From contig CAVWWD010000008.1 in the NCBI GenBank assembly GCA_963758635.1, forward strand, positions 907,215 to 971,214: a stretch of DNA of 64,000 bases, given 5' to 3'. Both the position numbers and the translations under genes were made by a program. Of this stretch, positions 17,026 through 27,540 are shown piece after piece. Source of the stretch: an uncultured Candidatus Rokubacteria bacterium. GTDB taxonomy: Bacteria; Methylomirabilota; Methylomirabilia; Rokubacteriales; CSP1-6. The notes under the pieces were generated by a model. That model ran no database searches, was not told where the DNA came from, and worked only from the letters and a program-made list of their open reading frames with translations. Each line of letters begins with the position of its first letter. Position 1 is the first letter of the stretch.

Positions 17026-18465
17026 CTACGCGACGAGCAACGCATGGTCGCGAAGACGTTGCAGGATGTCGTCGGTGAGGCGCCCGACATCCAACTCGTC
17101 GCCCCGCCGGCGCCGCATCCAATCCCGGACGATCGTGCCCGATTCGAGGGCGTGGGCCACCGACGCGGCGACATCGTCTCGGCTGTGGACGCCATCCAGA
17201 AGAGTGACCACGTGACGGCCGAGGTCCGTCAACCGCACGGCGTCCCCTCTCTGATCGGTCACCGTCGAATCGCTGAGGGCCTGAAGACGAACCAGCGGAC
17301 TGACCGTTGGCCGATCACTGACGCAGCTCGCCACGCAGGGAGGTGACAGCGCCACGTCCATCAGCCCCGCCGCATACGCGTCCATGAAAAAGCGTGTCGG
17401 CGCCTCGCCGCGCTCCAGCAGCTCGCTGAAGGCCACGAATCCGGGACGCCTCTCCGCCAGGCGGGACAGGGCTTCCTGGATCAGCGGATTTGGCGCGACG
17501 AGCTCCCCGCGCGCGACCAGGCTGATCCAGGAGTCGCGCAGAACCGCGTCTTCAGGGCGGCCGGTGATCCGGACATCCTGGTGACACACGAGGGCGCCCC
17601 GGCCCGCGCAATTGGTGAGGAAGTCCACGTACTGCTGCCGGTCCAAGCGCGGGAGCTCATCGAGAAACTCGCGCACGGCCGCGGGCTCGCGAGGCCCACG
17701 GAGACGAGTGACGTCGGAATCGGCCACGAATTGCAAGCCCGCTTCACCGATCAGCTGGACGAACTCGTGAAAGTAGAACGCCTGGTGATGCTCCGAGAAC
17801 GCCAGGTGATACAGCTGCTCGTCGCTGATCGCGCTGAAGCGGAAGTACTCCTCGCGCAGCAGGTCCGCGTAGGGCCCGGGGCTCTGGTCCTGGACGGCGG
17901 CGCCCATGGCGAGCATGCGGCGCGCTTGATCGACGGCCTGTCGAGGGTCGGAGAGGCCGGCGGCGTGGTACCGCATCATGTCGCGGGCGAGGCCGTGGAG
18001 GCGCCATCCGGGCAACGCGTCATAGAAGAGGTAGCCGACTCCGCGGGGAGCCAGGTTCCGCTTCTCGACGGACAGGATCTTCTGCCGCACCGTCGGCGCG
18101 ACCCACGAGAACACGTCGTGGCACAGGACGTAGTCGAACGCGCCCCACCCGTCGTCCACATCGCAGATGTCGACGTGCCGCAGCTCGACGTTGGTGAGGC
18201 CCAGGCCGTCGATGAGGCGTTGCGCTGATCCAAGCGCGCTCCGGCTGAGGTCACATCCGATGAAGCGAGCCCCCGGATGCGCCAGTGCCAGCGGGATCAG
18301 GTTGGCGGCGCTCCCACATCCCAGCTCCAGAACCCGGGCGTGCGCCGTGGGGGCCGCGAGCAGACCGAACAGCCTGGCGAGCACCTCGATCCGCCGGACG
18401 TTCGCACCCGGTACGCTCGTGCCGCGAAACGGCACGAGGTCGTAGGGATACGCGCCAGAACTCAT
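17026..18465 (-). CDS. class I SAM-dependent methyltransferase with C-terminal 'methyltransferase regulatory domain'
   Basis: ORF 17026..18465. SAM motif I is VLELGCGSAANL, followed by a post-I acidic residue (GCDLS) and DYVLCHDVFSWV. The roughly 300-aa C-terminal extension resembles the predicted regulatory domain fused to such methyltransferases. Confidence 0.8.
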   Translation of the reverse strand: MSSGAYPYDLVPFRGTSVPGANVRRIEVLARLFGLLAAPTAHARVLELGCGSAANLIPLALAHPGARFIGCDLSRSALGSAQRLIDGLGLTNVELRHVDICDVDDGWGAFDYVLCHDVFSWVAPTVRQKILSVEKRNLAPRGVGYLFYDALPGWRLHGLARDMMRYHAAGLSDPRQAVDQARRMLAMGAAVQDQSPGPYADLLREEYFRFSAISDEQLYHLAFSEHHQAFYFHEFVQLIGEAGLQFVADSDVTRLRGPREPAAVREFLDELPRLDRQQYVDFLTNCAGRGALVCHQDVRITGRPEDAVLRDSWISLVARGELVAPNPLIQEALSRLAERRPGFVAFSELLERGEAPTRFFMDAYAAGLMDVALSPPCVASCVSDRPTVSPLVRLQALSDSTVTDQRGDAVRLTDLGRHVVTLLDGVHSRDDVAASVAHALESGTIVRDWMRRRRGDELDVGRLTDDILQRLRDHALLVA

Positions 18466-18520
18466 GCGGCGCTCGCCTGCGGACAGGTGCGGATTCGATC
18501 CGCTCCAGCAGGCTTCGGCG

Positions 18521-18655
18521 CTACACCAGGGTTCGGGGACTCTTCAGTAGCTCCGAGAGCAACCGGGCGAGCGTCATCCGGTCTGCTGCATTCGTCACCG
18601 CCTGGCCCTGGCTGAACTGGTGGGCGCCCGCGAACGTGATGCCCGATCGTTGCAG
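18521..18655 (-). CDS. small-ORF paralogue, copy 1 (44 conserved codons plus TAG; no canonical start codon found)
   Basis: The minus strand reads LQRSGITFAGAHQFSQGQAVTNAADRMTLARLLSELLKSPRTLV*. It is homologous to the C-terminus of ORF 18685..18957. The differences are concentrated at third codon positions (see findings). Confidence 0.4.
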   Translation of the reverse strand: MQRSGITFAGAHQFSQGQAVTNAADRMTLARLLSELLKSPRTLV

Positions 18656-18684
18656 ACTCCTATCGGCTGCGGCGTGCTCCGGTG

Positions 18685-18957
18685 CTACACGAGCGTCCCG
18701 GAACTCTTCAGCAGCTCCGATAGCAGCCGGGCGAGCGTCATCCGATCCGCGGCATTCGTCACCGCCTGGCCCTGGCTGAATTGCTGGGCGCTCGCGTACG
18801 TGATGCCCGTTTGCTGCAGTGTCGACACCAAGAGATGGGTATCGATCGGGGTCGTGAGGGAGAAGCGGGCGGCCGTGAGAGCATCATTGGGTCCGCCTGC
18901 GGTACCTGCGGGCTGACACCCTGCGGCAAGTCCATCAGGATAACCTCCCGGAGCCAC
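18685..18957 (-). CDS. small hypothetical protein, copy 2 (90 codons as tracked; true start uncertain)
   Basis: ORF 18685..18957 ends ..LQQTGITYASAQQFSQGQAVTNAADRMTLARLLSELLKSSGTLV*. The region is visibly less GC-rich than its flanks. A strong GGGAGG plus ATG (18935) lies in another frame. Confidence 0.5.
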   Translation of the reverse strand: MAPGGYPDGLAAGCQPAGTAGGPNDALTAARFSLTTPIDTHLLVSTLQQTGITYASAQQFSQGQAVTNAADRMTLARLLSELLKSSGTLV

Positions 18958-19067
18958 GAGGTAAAGGATGGCGCTCGGCGACCCAGCATAGCCGTCTACC
19001 GGAGCTGACGCCGGTAGCTGCTAACGGTCCTGCGGCTCTATCGGCGGCTGAACCGACGAGCCTCGCT

Positions 19068-19931
19068 CTAGGCGAGGTCGGCGTGGGCGCTCACGGCGAC
19101 CGTGCCTTCCGGCGTGACGGCCCAGAGGTCGCAGGACGTGCCGTCGGGTGAGGGGCGGCCGCGCAGCTCGAAGGGCGCGGTGTCGAAGAGGGGAGCGCGG
19201 GCCTGGGCGCGGTAGCTCACGAGCGTGCGGCCGGGGTTCTGGTCGCGCGCGAAGTCGATCAGGAGCGTGGAGCTGAGCGGCCCGTGGACGACCAGCCCCG
19301 GGTAGCCTTCCTTGTCCATGGCCCAGGCGCGATCGTAGTGGATGCGGTGGCTGTTGAACGTGAGCGCGGAGAATCGGAACAGCAGCACGGCGTCGGGCGT
19401 GATGCGGCGCCGCCATGGCGCATCGGCCGGCGCCTCCTCGCGCCGGGGCGCCTGGTTGCGCTCCCCCGCCTTCACCTCTTCGCGAAACACCGTGCGCCGC
19501 TCCTCCTCGACGGCGAGGCCGCCGGGCCCGTGGATCCGGCTCACCACCGTGGCGAACACCAGCGTGCCGGTGGCGCCGTCCTTGGCCGAGAGGTCCGCGA
19601 GCTCGGTCTCGCGGCGAACGGCCTCGCCGATCCGGAGCGGACGGTGGAACCGGAGCGCCTCGCCCGCGAACATCCGGCGGGGCAGGGGCATCGGCGGGAC
19701 CACGCCGGTGTCGGCGGGGCTCCCGTCGGGGTGGAGCTGGCCGGGGCGGAAGCGGGGCAGGAAGTAGAGGATCTGCCAGCCCGGAGGCAGCGGGTCGCCC
19801 TCCCGGAGCTCCGGCTCGGGCCGATCGAAGGCCAGGCGCAGGAGGTTGGCCGGGCCGGGGGTCACAACGTCCTCGGCGACGATCCGGCGGCCGATGTGGG
19901 ACTTCAGGTCGTCCAGGGTCACGGTGGTCAT
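19068..19931 (-). CDS. MaoC-like (hot-dog fold) dehydratase/hydratase, double-domain type
   Basis: ORF 19068..19964. The preferred start is ATG 19931 after AAGGAGG. FNSHRIHYDRAWAMDKEGYPGLVVHGPL is a MaoC hydratase motif. Confidence 0.85.
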   Translation of the reverse strand: MTTVTLDDLKSHIGRRIVAEDVVTPGPANLLRLAFDRPEPELREGDPLPPGWQILYFLPRFRPGQLHPDGSPADTGVVPPMPLPRRMFAGEALRFHRPLRIGEAVRRETELADLSAKDGATGTLVFATVVSRIHGPGGLAVEEERRTVFREEVKAGERNQAPRREEAPADAPWRRRITPDAVLLFRFSALTFNSHRIHYDRAWAMDKEGYPGLVVHGPLSSTLLIDFARDQNPGRTLVSYRAQARAPLFDTAPFELRGRPSPDGTSCDLWAVTPEGTVAVSAHADLA

Positions 19932-20042
19932 GGCTCGCGCCTCCTTGGCGATCCCTGCTATCATGCGGCAAACGCCGAGCCGGCGTCGAACGGCGGAATA
20001 CCACTCGCGCGACCTTCACGCGCGACCTTCACGGAGGAGAGC

Positions 20043-20633
20043 ATGGCGAACAGTGTCCAGACCCCAAGGGGCGTCAACCACCTCGTCCTGAACGTCAGCG
20101 ACATCGAGGTCTCGCACAAGTTCTGGACGGAGGTCATGGGCTTCAAGTGCGTGGCCCAGCTCAAGCCCATCCCCGGTCGGGTGCGGCCGAACATGCGCTT
20201 CTACAGCGGCCTGGACCCGGAGGGCAACGTGACGCACCACGACCTGGCCCTGGCCGAGGTGCCGAAGGGCGGCAACGGCGAGGCCAGCGGCGAGGTGTGG
20301 AACCTCATGCCGCGCCGGATCGGCCTCAACCACGTCGCGATCGCGTGGCCGGACCGCGAGTCCTGGCTCCAGCAGGTGGCGTTCCTCCAGGAGAAGGGCG
20401 TGACGTTCCACCGCCGCATCAACCACGGCATGACCCACAGCGTGTACATCTCCGATCCGGACGGGCACGGGATCGAGGTGCTCTACGAGCTTCCGCGCGA
20501 GGTCTGGGGCGAGGACATCGACGCCGCCCAGAACTTCTCCGAGGCGCTCCCGACCGAGGGCCCGGAGGCCCTGATCGACCGGACCGACTACCCCGTCTTC
20601 AACGCGGCCCCCGCGCCCGCCGCGGCCCGCTGA
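20043..20633 (+). CDS. VOC family protein (extradiol-dioxygenase/glyoxalase-like)
   Basis: Last 196 codons of ORF 19284..20633 from ATG 20043 (GGAGGAG RBS). Sequence: VNHLVLNVSDIEVSHKFWTEVMGF.. and GLNHVAIAW..HGMTHSVYISDPDGHGIEV. Confidence 0.85.
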   Translation: MANSVQTPRGVNHLVLNVSDIEVSHKFWTEVMGFKCVAQLKPIPGRVRPNMRFYSGLDPEGNVTHHDLALAEVPKGGNGEASGEVWNLMPRRIGLNHVAIAWPDRESWLQQVAFLQEKGVTFHRRINHGMTHSVYISDPDGHGIEVLYELPREVWGEDIDAAQNFSEALPTEGPEALIDRTDYPVFNAAPAPAAAR

Positions 20634-20690
20634 TCCGAGCCACGGGGGCGCGGCGGCCCTGAGCGCGCCGCGCCCCCGGTTCCCACCGCC

Positions 20691-21878
20691 GTGCGCGTCT
20701 TCGTCTTCGACCTCCTGCCGTACAGCGAGCACCTCGATCACCTGAAGGACGGCAAGGAGCTGCCGTGGCCCCTGCCGCGACGGCACTTCAAGCCCGACGT
20801 GGCGGTGAGCACGTACGCCGAGCACCTCGAGGCCTGGGAGACGCTGGACCGCCTGGGCTTCGACGGCGTGGGCTTCAACGAGCACCACACCTCGCCGTAC
20901 GGGCTCATGAACTCCCCGAACCTCCTCGCCGCCGCCGCCGCGCAGCGGACGAAGCGCCTCCGCCTGCTCGTCTACGGCAACCTGCTCCCGCTGCACGACC
21001 CGCTCCGGCTCGCCGAGGAGCTGGCCATGCTGGACTGCATGTCCGGCGGCCGCATCGTCTCGGGGTTCGCGCGCGGCATCCCGCGCGAGTACAACGTGTA
21101 CCGGGTGCCGCTGTCCGAGTCGCGCGCGCGGTTCGAGGAGGCGTGGGAGATCATCCGGCGCGCGTGGACCGAGGAGGTCTTCTCCTACACGGGGAAGTTC
21201 TGGAGCTACGAGGACGTGGCGATCTGGCCGCGGCCGGTGCAGCAGCCCCACCCGCCGGTCTGGGTGCCGGTCTCCGGGAGCAAGGAGACGATCGAGTGGG
21301 CGGGCAAGCACGACATCCCGATCACCCCGGGGCTCGTGCCCACGCGCGGGTTGCGCGAGGACATCATCCGCTACTACGCGCGCTGCCTGGCCCAGCACGG
21401 CCACCGCCTCACGCCCGGGCACCTGATCATCCAGGCCAGCGCCTACGTGGCGGACAGCAAGGCCCGGGCGGTGAAGGAGGCCGGGCCCTACACGCTCTAC
21501 TTCAACCAGACGCTGTTCAGCCACGGCAACGTCAGCGAGGCCAGCCGGCAGCGCGACGCCGGGTACCTGACCGACGCCTCCTTCGACTACGTGCGCCCGG
21601 AGAACCGCGCCGCCGTCTCCGGCGCGCGCGAGCGCTTCCGCGACATGACCATGGACGACGTCGCGCGCGACGCCGAGCAGATGGCGTGGGGCGCGCCCGC
21701 CGAGGTGCGCGAGCGCATCATCGGCGCGGCGGAGCACGCGGGGGCCGACACCGTGCTCGTGAACATGAATCGCGGCGCGATGCCGCACGAGATGTTCATG
21801 GAGCAGATCCGCCGCTTCGGCACCGAGGTCCTGCCCGCGCTGCAAGCCCACACGGTGACCGCCGTCCCCCTCGGCTGA
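20691..21878 (+). CDS. LLM class flavin-dependent oxidoreductase
   Basis: ORF 20691..21878 (GTG start). Sequence: FDGVGFNEHH, GGRIVSGFARG, PPVWVPVSG. Confidence 0.9.
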   Translation: MRVFVFDLLPYSEHLDHLKDGKELPWPLPRRHFKPDVAVSTYAEHLEAWETLDRLGFDGVGFNEHHTSPYGLMNSPNLLAAAAAQRTKRLRLLVYGNLLPLHDPLRLAEELAMLDCMSGGRIVSGFARGIPREYNVYRVPLSESRARFEEAWEIIRRAWTEEVFSYTGKFWSYEDVAIWPRPVQQPHPPVWVPVSGSKETIEWAGKHDIPITPGLVPTRGLREDIIRYYARCLAQHGHRLTPGHLIIQASAYVADSKARAVKEAGPYTLYFNQTLFSHGNVSEASRQRDAGYLTDASFDYVRPENRAAVSGARERFRDMTMDDVARDAEQMAWGAPAEVRERIIGAAEHAGADTVLVNMNRGAMPHEMFMEQIRRFGTEVLPALQAHTVTAVPLG

Positions 21879-21880
21879 CC

Positions 21881-22778
21881 ATGGACCGGCGCCGCCTCGG
21901 CAAGACCGACATCCAGGCGAGCGTGCTCGGCTTCGGCGGCTCCGAGATCGGCTACCAGGGCGTGAGCGGCCGCACGGTGGCCCGGCTGCTCGGCGCCGCC
22001 ATCGACGGCGGCCTCAACGTGATCGACACCGCCGAGTGCTACGAGGACAGCGAGAGCCTGATCGGCAAGGCCCTCGGGGCCCGGCGCCGGGACGTGTACG
22101 TCTTCACCAAGTGCGGCCACGCCGGCGGCTGGGGCCGCGCGGAGTGGCGGCCCGCGCCGCTGCTCGCGAGCATCGAGCGGAGCCTCGAGCGGCTCGCCAC
22201 CGACCACGTCGACCTGATCCAGCTCCACAGCTGCTCGCTGGCCGAGCTCGAGCGCGGCGACGTGATCGACGCGCTCGAGCGCGCGCGCGAGCGGGGGTGG
22301 GCCCGGTACGTCGGCTACAGCGGCGACGGCGAGGCGGCGCGCTACGCGGTGGAGACTGGTCGCTTCGACGTGCTCCAGACCTCGGTGAGCATCGCCGACC
22401 AGGAGGCGATCGACCTCACGCTGCCGCTGGCCGTCGGCGCGGAAGATGGGCGTCATCGCCAAGCGGCCGCTCGCCAACGTGGCGTGGCGCTACGCGAAGA
22501 AACCGGACGAGACGTACTACCAGCCGTACTGGTCACGCCTGCGCGCCCTGGACTTCCCGTTCCTGCGCGATGGTGATGAGGCCGCGGTGGGCGCGGCGCT
22601 CCGGTTCACGCTGGCCGTGCCCGGGGTGCACACCGCGATCGTCGGCACCACCCGCCCGGACCGCTGGAAGGAGAACGCGGCGCTGCTCGCGACGGGCCCG
22701 CTGCCCGCCCGCGAGTTCCGCTCGATCCGGGAGCGCTGGCGCGAGGTGGCCAAGCCCTCCTGGGTCGGCCAGGTCTGA
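21881..22778 (+). CDS. aldo/keto reductase, split by a +1 slip
   Basis: MDRRRLGKTDIQASVLGFGGSEIG..NVIDTAECYEDSE..DLIQLHS (end of ORF 20765..22576) joins ORF 22446..22778 (MGVIAKRPLANVAW..) when nt ~22436 is dropped. Confidence 0.85.
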
Positions 22779-22789
22779 CGACCGCCAGT

Positions 22790-22896
22790 CCCCTCTCCCT
22801 CTGGGGAGAGGGCAGGGTGAGGGGCGCGACAGCACGCGGCACGTCCGCCCGCCCGCTGACGCCCGACCCTCGCCCCGGCCTCTCCCGGAGAGGGAG
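22790..22896. repeat. inverted pair of REP-like units CCCCTCTCCC..GGGGAGAGGG-CAGGGTGAGGGG
   Basis: Unit a is 22790-22824 (CCCCTCTCCCTCTGGGGAGAGGGCAGGGTGAGGGG). Unit b is 22862-22896 in opposite orientation (CCCGACCCTCGCCCCGGCCTCTCCCGGAGAGGGAG). They lie between convergent genes. A related unit is at 57833-57868. Confidence 0.7.
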
Positions 22897-22899
22897 CGC

Positions 22900-24349
22900 C
22901 TACGCGCGCCGGATCGGGAACGCCGGCGGGATGATGCGGTCGACGCCGGCGCCGTCCCACCGCCAGGCGGACACCTGGCTCCAGAAGTGGCGCGTGGCCT
23001 CGCGTGCCTTGGCGTAGACTTCGGCCTCGTCCATCCGTGTCGCGCGGCCGCCCGACGACCAGCGTCTGGCCGTCCACGATCACCGTGTCCACGTCGCGGC
23101 CGCACGCCCCGTCCACCAGCGCCTTGATCGGATCCGCGTAGAAGGCCGCGCCCATGTGGTCCAGGTCGATCAGCAGGATGTCGGCCTTGGCGCCGGGCGC
23201 GAGGCGGCCGAGGTCGTCGCGGCGCAGCAGCGTGCACGCGCCCAGCGTGGCCGCGTTGTAGACGTCGCGCGGCTGGCCGGCCTGGTAGTTGGCGTCGGCG
23301 ACCTTGGCGAGCATGGAGGCCCAGCGGAGCTCGGCCACGATGTCCATCGGGAACGTGTCGGTGCCGATGCTGAGCCGCACGCCGGCGTCCAGGTAGCGCT
23401 GGAAGGACTGGAGCGTGATGGCCATCTTCGCGTACTTGTACGGGCAATGGCCCACGGTGGCGCCGGTGGCGGCGAGCGTGGCGAGGTCGTCGCCGAACGC
23501 ATAGTGCGTCCACGGGTGCGCGGTGGTGAAGACGCCGTGGCCGAGCAGCGTCCGGTCGTCGAGGAAGCCGATGTCGGCGAGGAACTGCACCGGCGTCCGG
23601 CCGTGCTCCTCGAAGACGCGCTGGAGCTCGATGAGGTTGCCGCCGGCGTGGGTGTGGATGGGCACGTCGAGGCTCCGGGCCGCGTCCTTGGCCGCGCGCA
23701 GGAGCGGCTCGCTGCACGTCTCCACCTGCGCCGCGTTCAGCATGCCGCGGAGCCGGCCCTGGGCGGCGCCGTCGAACTTCCGGATGAAGCCCACGGCCTC
23801 CTCGAGGCCCCGCGTGCCCGCCGCGGCGTCGGCCTCGTAGTAGAGACGGCCCTTGGCGTCCATGAACGTGTTCCGGTCGCGGAACGGCGGGCTCCCGTAC
23901 ACGCGCACGCCCACCTGCTCCACGATGCGCGCGTAGCCGTCCCAGTCGCCGCGGAGGCCGCCCACGTCGAGCACGGTGGTGGTGCCGTTCTTCAGCGCGT
24001 GGAGCAGCACCCAGGTCCGCAGCGCCGCGGTGGCCTCGGGGCTCGGCGGGCCGAACTTGCCCTTGAGCGGCGCCGCGAAGGCCATGTAGTTCGCGGTGCG
24101 GTAGTCGTTCTTGGCCATGTCGTGCAGCAGGTAGTCGCCGCCGGGCCCGGTGGGGTGCACGTGGGCGTTGGTGAAGCCGGGAGACACGAGCTTCCCGCGC
24201 GCGTCGACGCGCGCGTCGGCGGGACCCGTGTAGGGAGCGCCGGCGTGGACGATGCGGTCGTCCTCGTAGACGACGCTGCCGCCCTCGTGCACCTCGTGGC
24301 CGCCGTCCTGGAACGCGACGACCCAGCCGCCCGCGATGTGGGTCTTCAT
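22900..24349 (-). CDS. amidohydrolase family protein (metal-dependent, chlorohydrolase/deaminase-like), C-terminus shifted by a +1 slip
   Basis: ORF 22517..24349 reads sensibly up to ..DVDTVIVDGQTLVV. After dropping one G of the run 23051-23053 it continues GGRATRMDEAEVYAKAREATRHFWSQVSAWRWDGAGVDRIIPPAFPIRRA* and stops at 22900. It has the HVHP metal motif and HTHAGG. Confidence 0.85.
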
Positions 24350-24400
24350 GCTCTCGCCTTTCGTGTCGCCGCCTCGGGGGGAGGCGCGGGGCTCATTGGG

Positions 24401-25462
24401 TCAGAGCCGGGACATCACCCGCTCGGCGAAGTCCTCGATGACGCGGTACTGCCGGTTGAGCGGCGGGTACAGCATGATCTGCCGGAGGCCCTCGCGCTCC
24501 AGCCGGCGCACGCCCTCGGCCAGATCCTCGGGCTGGCCGGCCAGGCACGTGGCGCGGACCAGGTCCGCGGTGACGAAGCGCGCCTCCTCGGGGTCCACGA
24601 AGCTGTAGTGGCTGGCGTGGAGGCGCTGGTGCCGCCGCTCGGGCGGCGCCTGGTTGAGCCAGTCGAGGTACGCCTTCCACACCGGGCGCGCGTACTCCGG
24701 CGGGTCCTCGCCGGTCTCGAGATGCCGGGCCACCAGGTAGTGGAGCCCGGTGATCACGGCGGCGCCGCACTCGCCCACGACGCGCTCGGAGTCCAGCGCC
24801 TCGCCCGGCTCGCACATCGCGATCGTGACCATCGCCGCGGTGTGGAAGTCCGCCGGCAGCTCGCGGCCGGCGCGCGCGGCGCCGCGCCGGGCGTTGTCCA
24901 GCATCGCGGGGACGGCGCCCCCGCGGGGCAGGCCGGAGATGAGCCCGTCGCCGATCTCGCCGGCCAGGGCCTGGGCCTTCGGGCCGAAGCCGGCCACGTA
25001 CACGGGGATCGGGTGGTCCAGGTCGATGAAGCGGTGCTCCCGCATCTGGAAGCGCACGGGCCGCGTACGCCCGTCGAGCGTGTAGGCGATCTCGTCGCCG
25101 CGGAGCAGGTCCCGCACCGCGCGCACGTACTCCTTGAACGGGGCCAGCTTCATCGGCTCCTGGCCGAGCATCCGGACCGCGGTGTGCCCGGTGCCGAGCC
25201 CGATGAAGCAGCGCCCCGGCGCGAGGCGGTTGATGGTGGCGATGCCGTTGGCGGCGGCGGGCGCCAGGCGGAGGGCGGGCACGTTGACGCCGGTGCCGAG
25301 CCGCATCCGCCGCGTCTCGCGCGCGGCCAGCGCGAGGACGGCCCAGCAGTTGGAGCGGATCATCGGGCTGTCCGTCACCCAGCAGTGGCTGTAGCCGAGG
25401 TTCTCCGCGTGGGAGATGTAGCCGATCTCGTCGATCTTGGCGGTGACGATCCCGAAGTCCAT
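24401..25462 (-). CDS. LLM class F420-dependent oxidoreductase
   Basis: ORF 24401..25462. Sequence: [31 protein letters not shown]. Confidence 0.9.
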   Translation of the reverse strand: MDFGIVTAKIDEIGYISHAENLGYSHCWVTDSPMIRSNCWAVLALAARETRRMRLGTGVNVPALRLAPAAANGIATINRLAPGRCFIGLGTGHTAVRMLGQEPMKLAPFKEYVRAVRDLLRGDEIAYTLDGRTRPVRFQMREHRFIDLDHPIPVYVAGFGPKAQALAGEIGDGLISGLPRGGAVPAMLDNARRGAARAGRELPADFHTAAMVTIAMCEPGEALDSERVVGECGAAVITGLHYLVARHLETGEDPPEYARPVWKAYLDWLNQAPPERRHQRLHASHYSFVDPEEARFVTADLVRATCLAGQPEDLAEGVRRLEREGLRQIMLYPPLNRQYRVIEDFAERVMSRL

Positions 25463-25484
25463 GGGGTCCTCTGAAAGGCCGCGG

Positions 25485-27051
25485 CTACGGGGCCGGCGGC
25501 TTGAGGAACAAGCTCACGTCGGTGGGCGTCACGAGGTCCGGCGCGGTCCAGCCGTCCAGGTCGTACTCGGCCATGCACTGCTCGGCGAAGCGGCGGAAGT
25601 CGTCGGTCTGGCCGCTGCCGTGGGCCAGGTTCCACGTGATCCGGCGCACCGTCTCCGGCGAGCCCGCGTAGTTCCGCTCGTACAGCTCGTGACGGCCGCC
25701 GAACTCCGTGCCCATCGCGTCCCACAGGAGCTTCATCAGCTTGATGCGCTCGACCGCGTCGGTGCCGTCGGAGCCGCGCAGGTACCGGTCCAGGTACGGG
25801 CGCAGGGCGGGGGCGCGGAAGTCCGCGGCGTGGGAGTTGATGTAGATCAGGCCGCTGGCGAGGATGCTCTCGGTGAGCTCCTTCACGCGCGGATACGCCA
25901 CCGTCGAGAAGACGCGATACGCCTGCGCGTAGTCGGGATTCGGCAGCACCGCACCGCTCCACGGCACCGGAGCGCGGACCATGGCGTCGGACAGGCCCCA
26001 GAAGAGGTGCCGCCAGGCGATCGCCTCGCCCACCGCGGTCTGCACGGATAGCGCATCCTTCGAGCCCACCGCGTCGACTGCCTTCAGGAGGAGCCCGGCG
26101 ATGAAGTCGAGCTTCACGGCCAGGCGCGTGCAGCCGTGGAGCATCGCGCGCGGGTGGAACCCCGAGGCGTGGAAGAAGGCGTTCGACTTGGCGAGGTCCT
26201 CGTAGATGAACACGTTCTCCCAGGGCACGAGGGCGCGGTCCAGGACGAGGATGGCGTCGTTCTCGTCCATGCGGCTGCTGAGCGGGTAGTCGAACGGACT
26301 GCCCATGACCTCCGCGGTCATCGCGTAGGACGGGCGGCAGATGAGCTTGACGCCCGGCGTGTCCATCGGCGCGATGAAGGTGACCGCGAACTCCTTCCGC
26401 TTGATGGCCGCCGTGCTGGGATGCGCGATGAAGTTCGCGTGCGTGAGGGCGGAGCCCGGTGGCCACCACCTTGGCCCCGCTCACGATCAGGCCCGCGTCG
26501 GTCTCCTTCTCGACGTGGACGTACACGTCGGACCCCTCGTCGGCGGGGCGATGCCGGTCCACCGGCGGGTGCACGAGCGCGTGGTTCATGTAGAGCACGC
26601 GCTCCTGGGCGTGGCGGTACCAGCGCCGGGCGTTTTCCTGGTACGGCGTGTAGTAGTCGGCGTTGGCGCCGAGGGTGGCGAGGAACGCCGCCTTGTAGTC
26701 GGGCGAGCGGCCCATCCAGCCGTAGGTGAGCCGCGCCCACAGCGTGATGGCGTCGCGCGCGGCGATCAGCTCCTCGGCGGTGGCGGAGGCGCGGAAGAAG
26801 CGATGCGTGTAGCCGCCCGAGCCGGTGTCGGTCGGGCAGGTGAGGGCGGCCTGCGTGTCCGGCGCGTGGAGCGCGTCGTAGAGGCGGGCGAGCATCCGGG
26901 CCGGGTTCCGGAAGGCCGGATGGGCGGTGACGTCCTCGACGCGCTCGCCGTGGATCCAGACCTCACGCGTGCCGCGGAGGCTCTCCAGGAACTCGGCGCC
27001 GGTGAAGGGCCGGGCGGAAGGAGACGGCGCCGCCCCGTCGGACGCGGGCAT
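25485..27051 (-). CDS. 4-hydroxyphenylacetate 3-monooxygenase oxygenase-component (HpaB) family protein, split by a +1 slip
   Basis: [55 protein letters not shown] (frame of ORF 25375..27336, ATG 27051) joins [40 protein letters not shown].. (ORF 25485..26366) at ~26454-26457. Confidence 0.85.
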
Positions 27052-27071
27052 CGCTCGGGTTCCCGGCGCGC

Positions 27072-27530
27072 TTACGTCCGGCCCGCGGCGGCCTGCAGCT
27101 CCCGCACGTGCTCGGCCCAGTGGCGAGTGATGCCCTCCAGGCGCTGCCGTACCGTGAGCGTCTCGCCGTTGGCGCGCGCGAAGCACGGCCGGTCCAGATC
27201 GGGCGCGCCGCGCGCGGCCCGCACGAGCCGCGCATGGGCCAGGCGGAGCTGGGTCAGCAGCTCGTCGAGGCTCTCGCCGGCGTGGAGATGGCGGCAGACC
27301 TCGTTGACCGCGTCGGCGCTGGCCGGCACCGGCCACACCGGCCCGCCCTGCGTGACGGACTCGATGCCCCAGGCGGTGCCGTCGTGGAAGTAGAGGAAGT
27401 GCATGAGGACGTCGCGGGCTTCCCAGCGGTCCACGCGGGCGCGGTTCGCGCGGCCCTGCCCGTCGAAGTAGGCGAAGGTCTCCCGCGCCACGCGGTCCAG
27501 CTCGGCGATGAGCGTGTCCTTGTCGGCCAT
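27072..27530 (-). CDS. hypothetical helical protein (possibly DinB/ClbS-like four-helix bundle)
   Basis: ORF 27072..27530, tightly packed between the enolase-superfamily and HpaB genes. The family call is weak. Confidence 0.55.
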   Translation of the reverse strand: MADKDTLIAELDRVARETFAYFDGQGRANRARVDRWEARDVLMHFLYFHDGTAWGIESVTQGGPVWPVPASADAVNEVCRHLHAGESLDELLTQLRLAHARLVRAARGAPDLDRPCFARANGETLTVRQRLEGITRHWAEHVRELQAAAGRT

Positions 27531-27540
27531 GGCGTCCCCC

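Noticed and set aside
18484-18502. tRNA-like T-arm (GCGGATTCGATCCGC) upstream of the methyltransferase gene.
   Set aside because: Only a short palindrome is present. The stem and loop lengths do not fit a T-arm, and there is no acceptor, D or anticodon arm around it.
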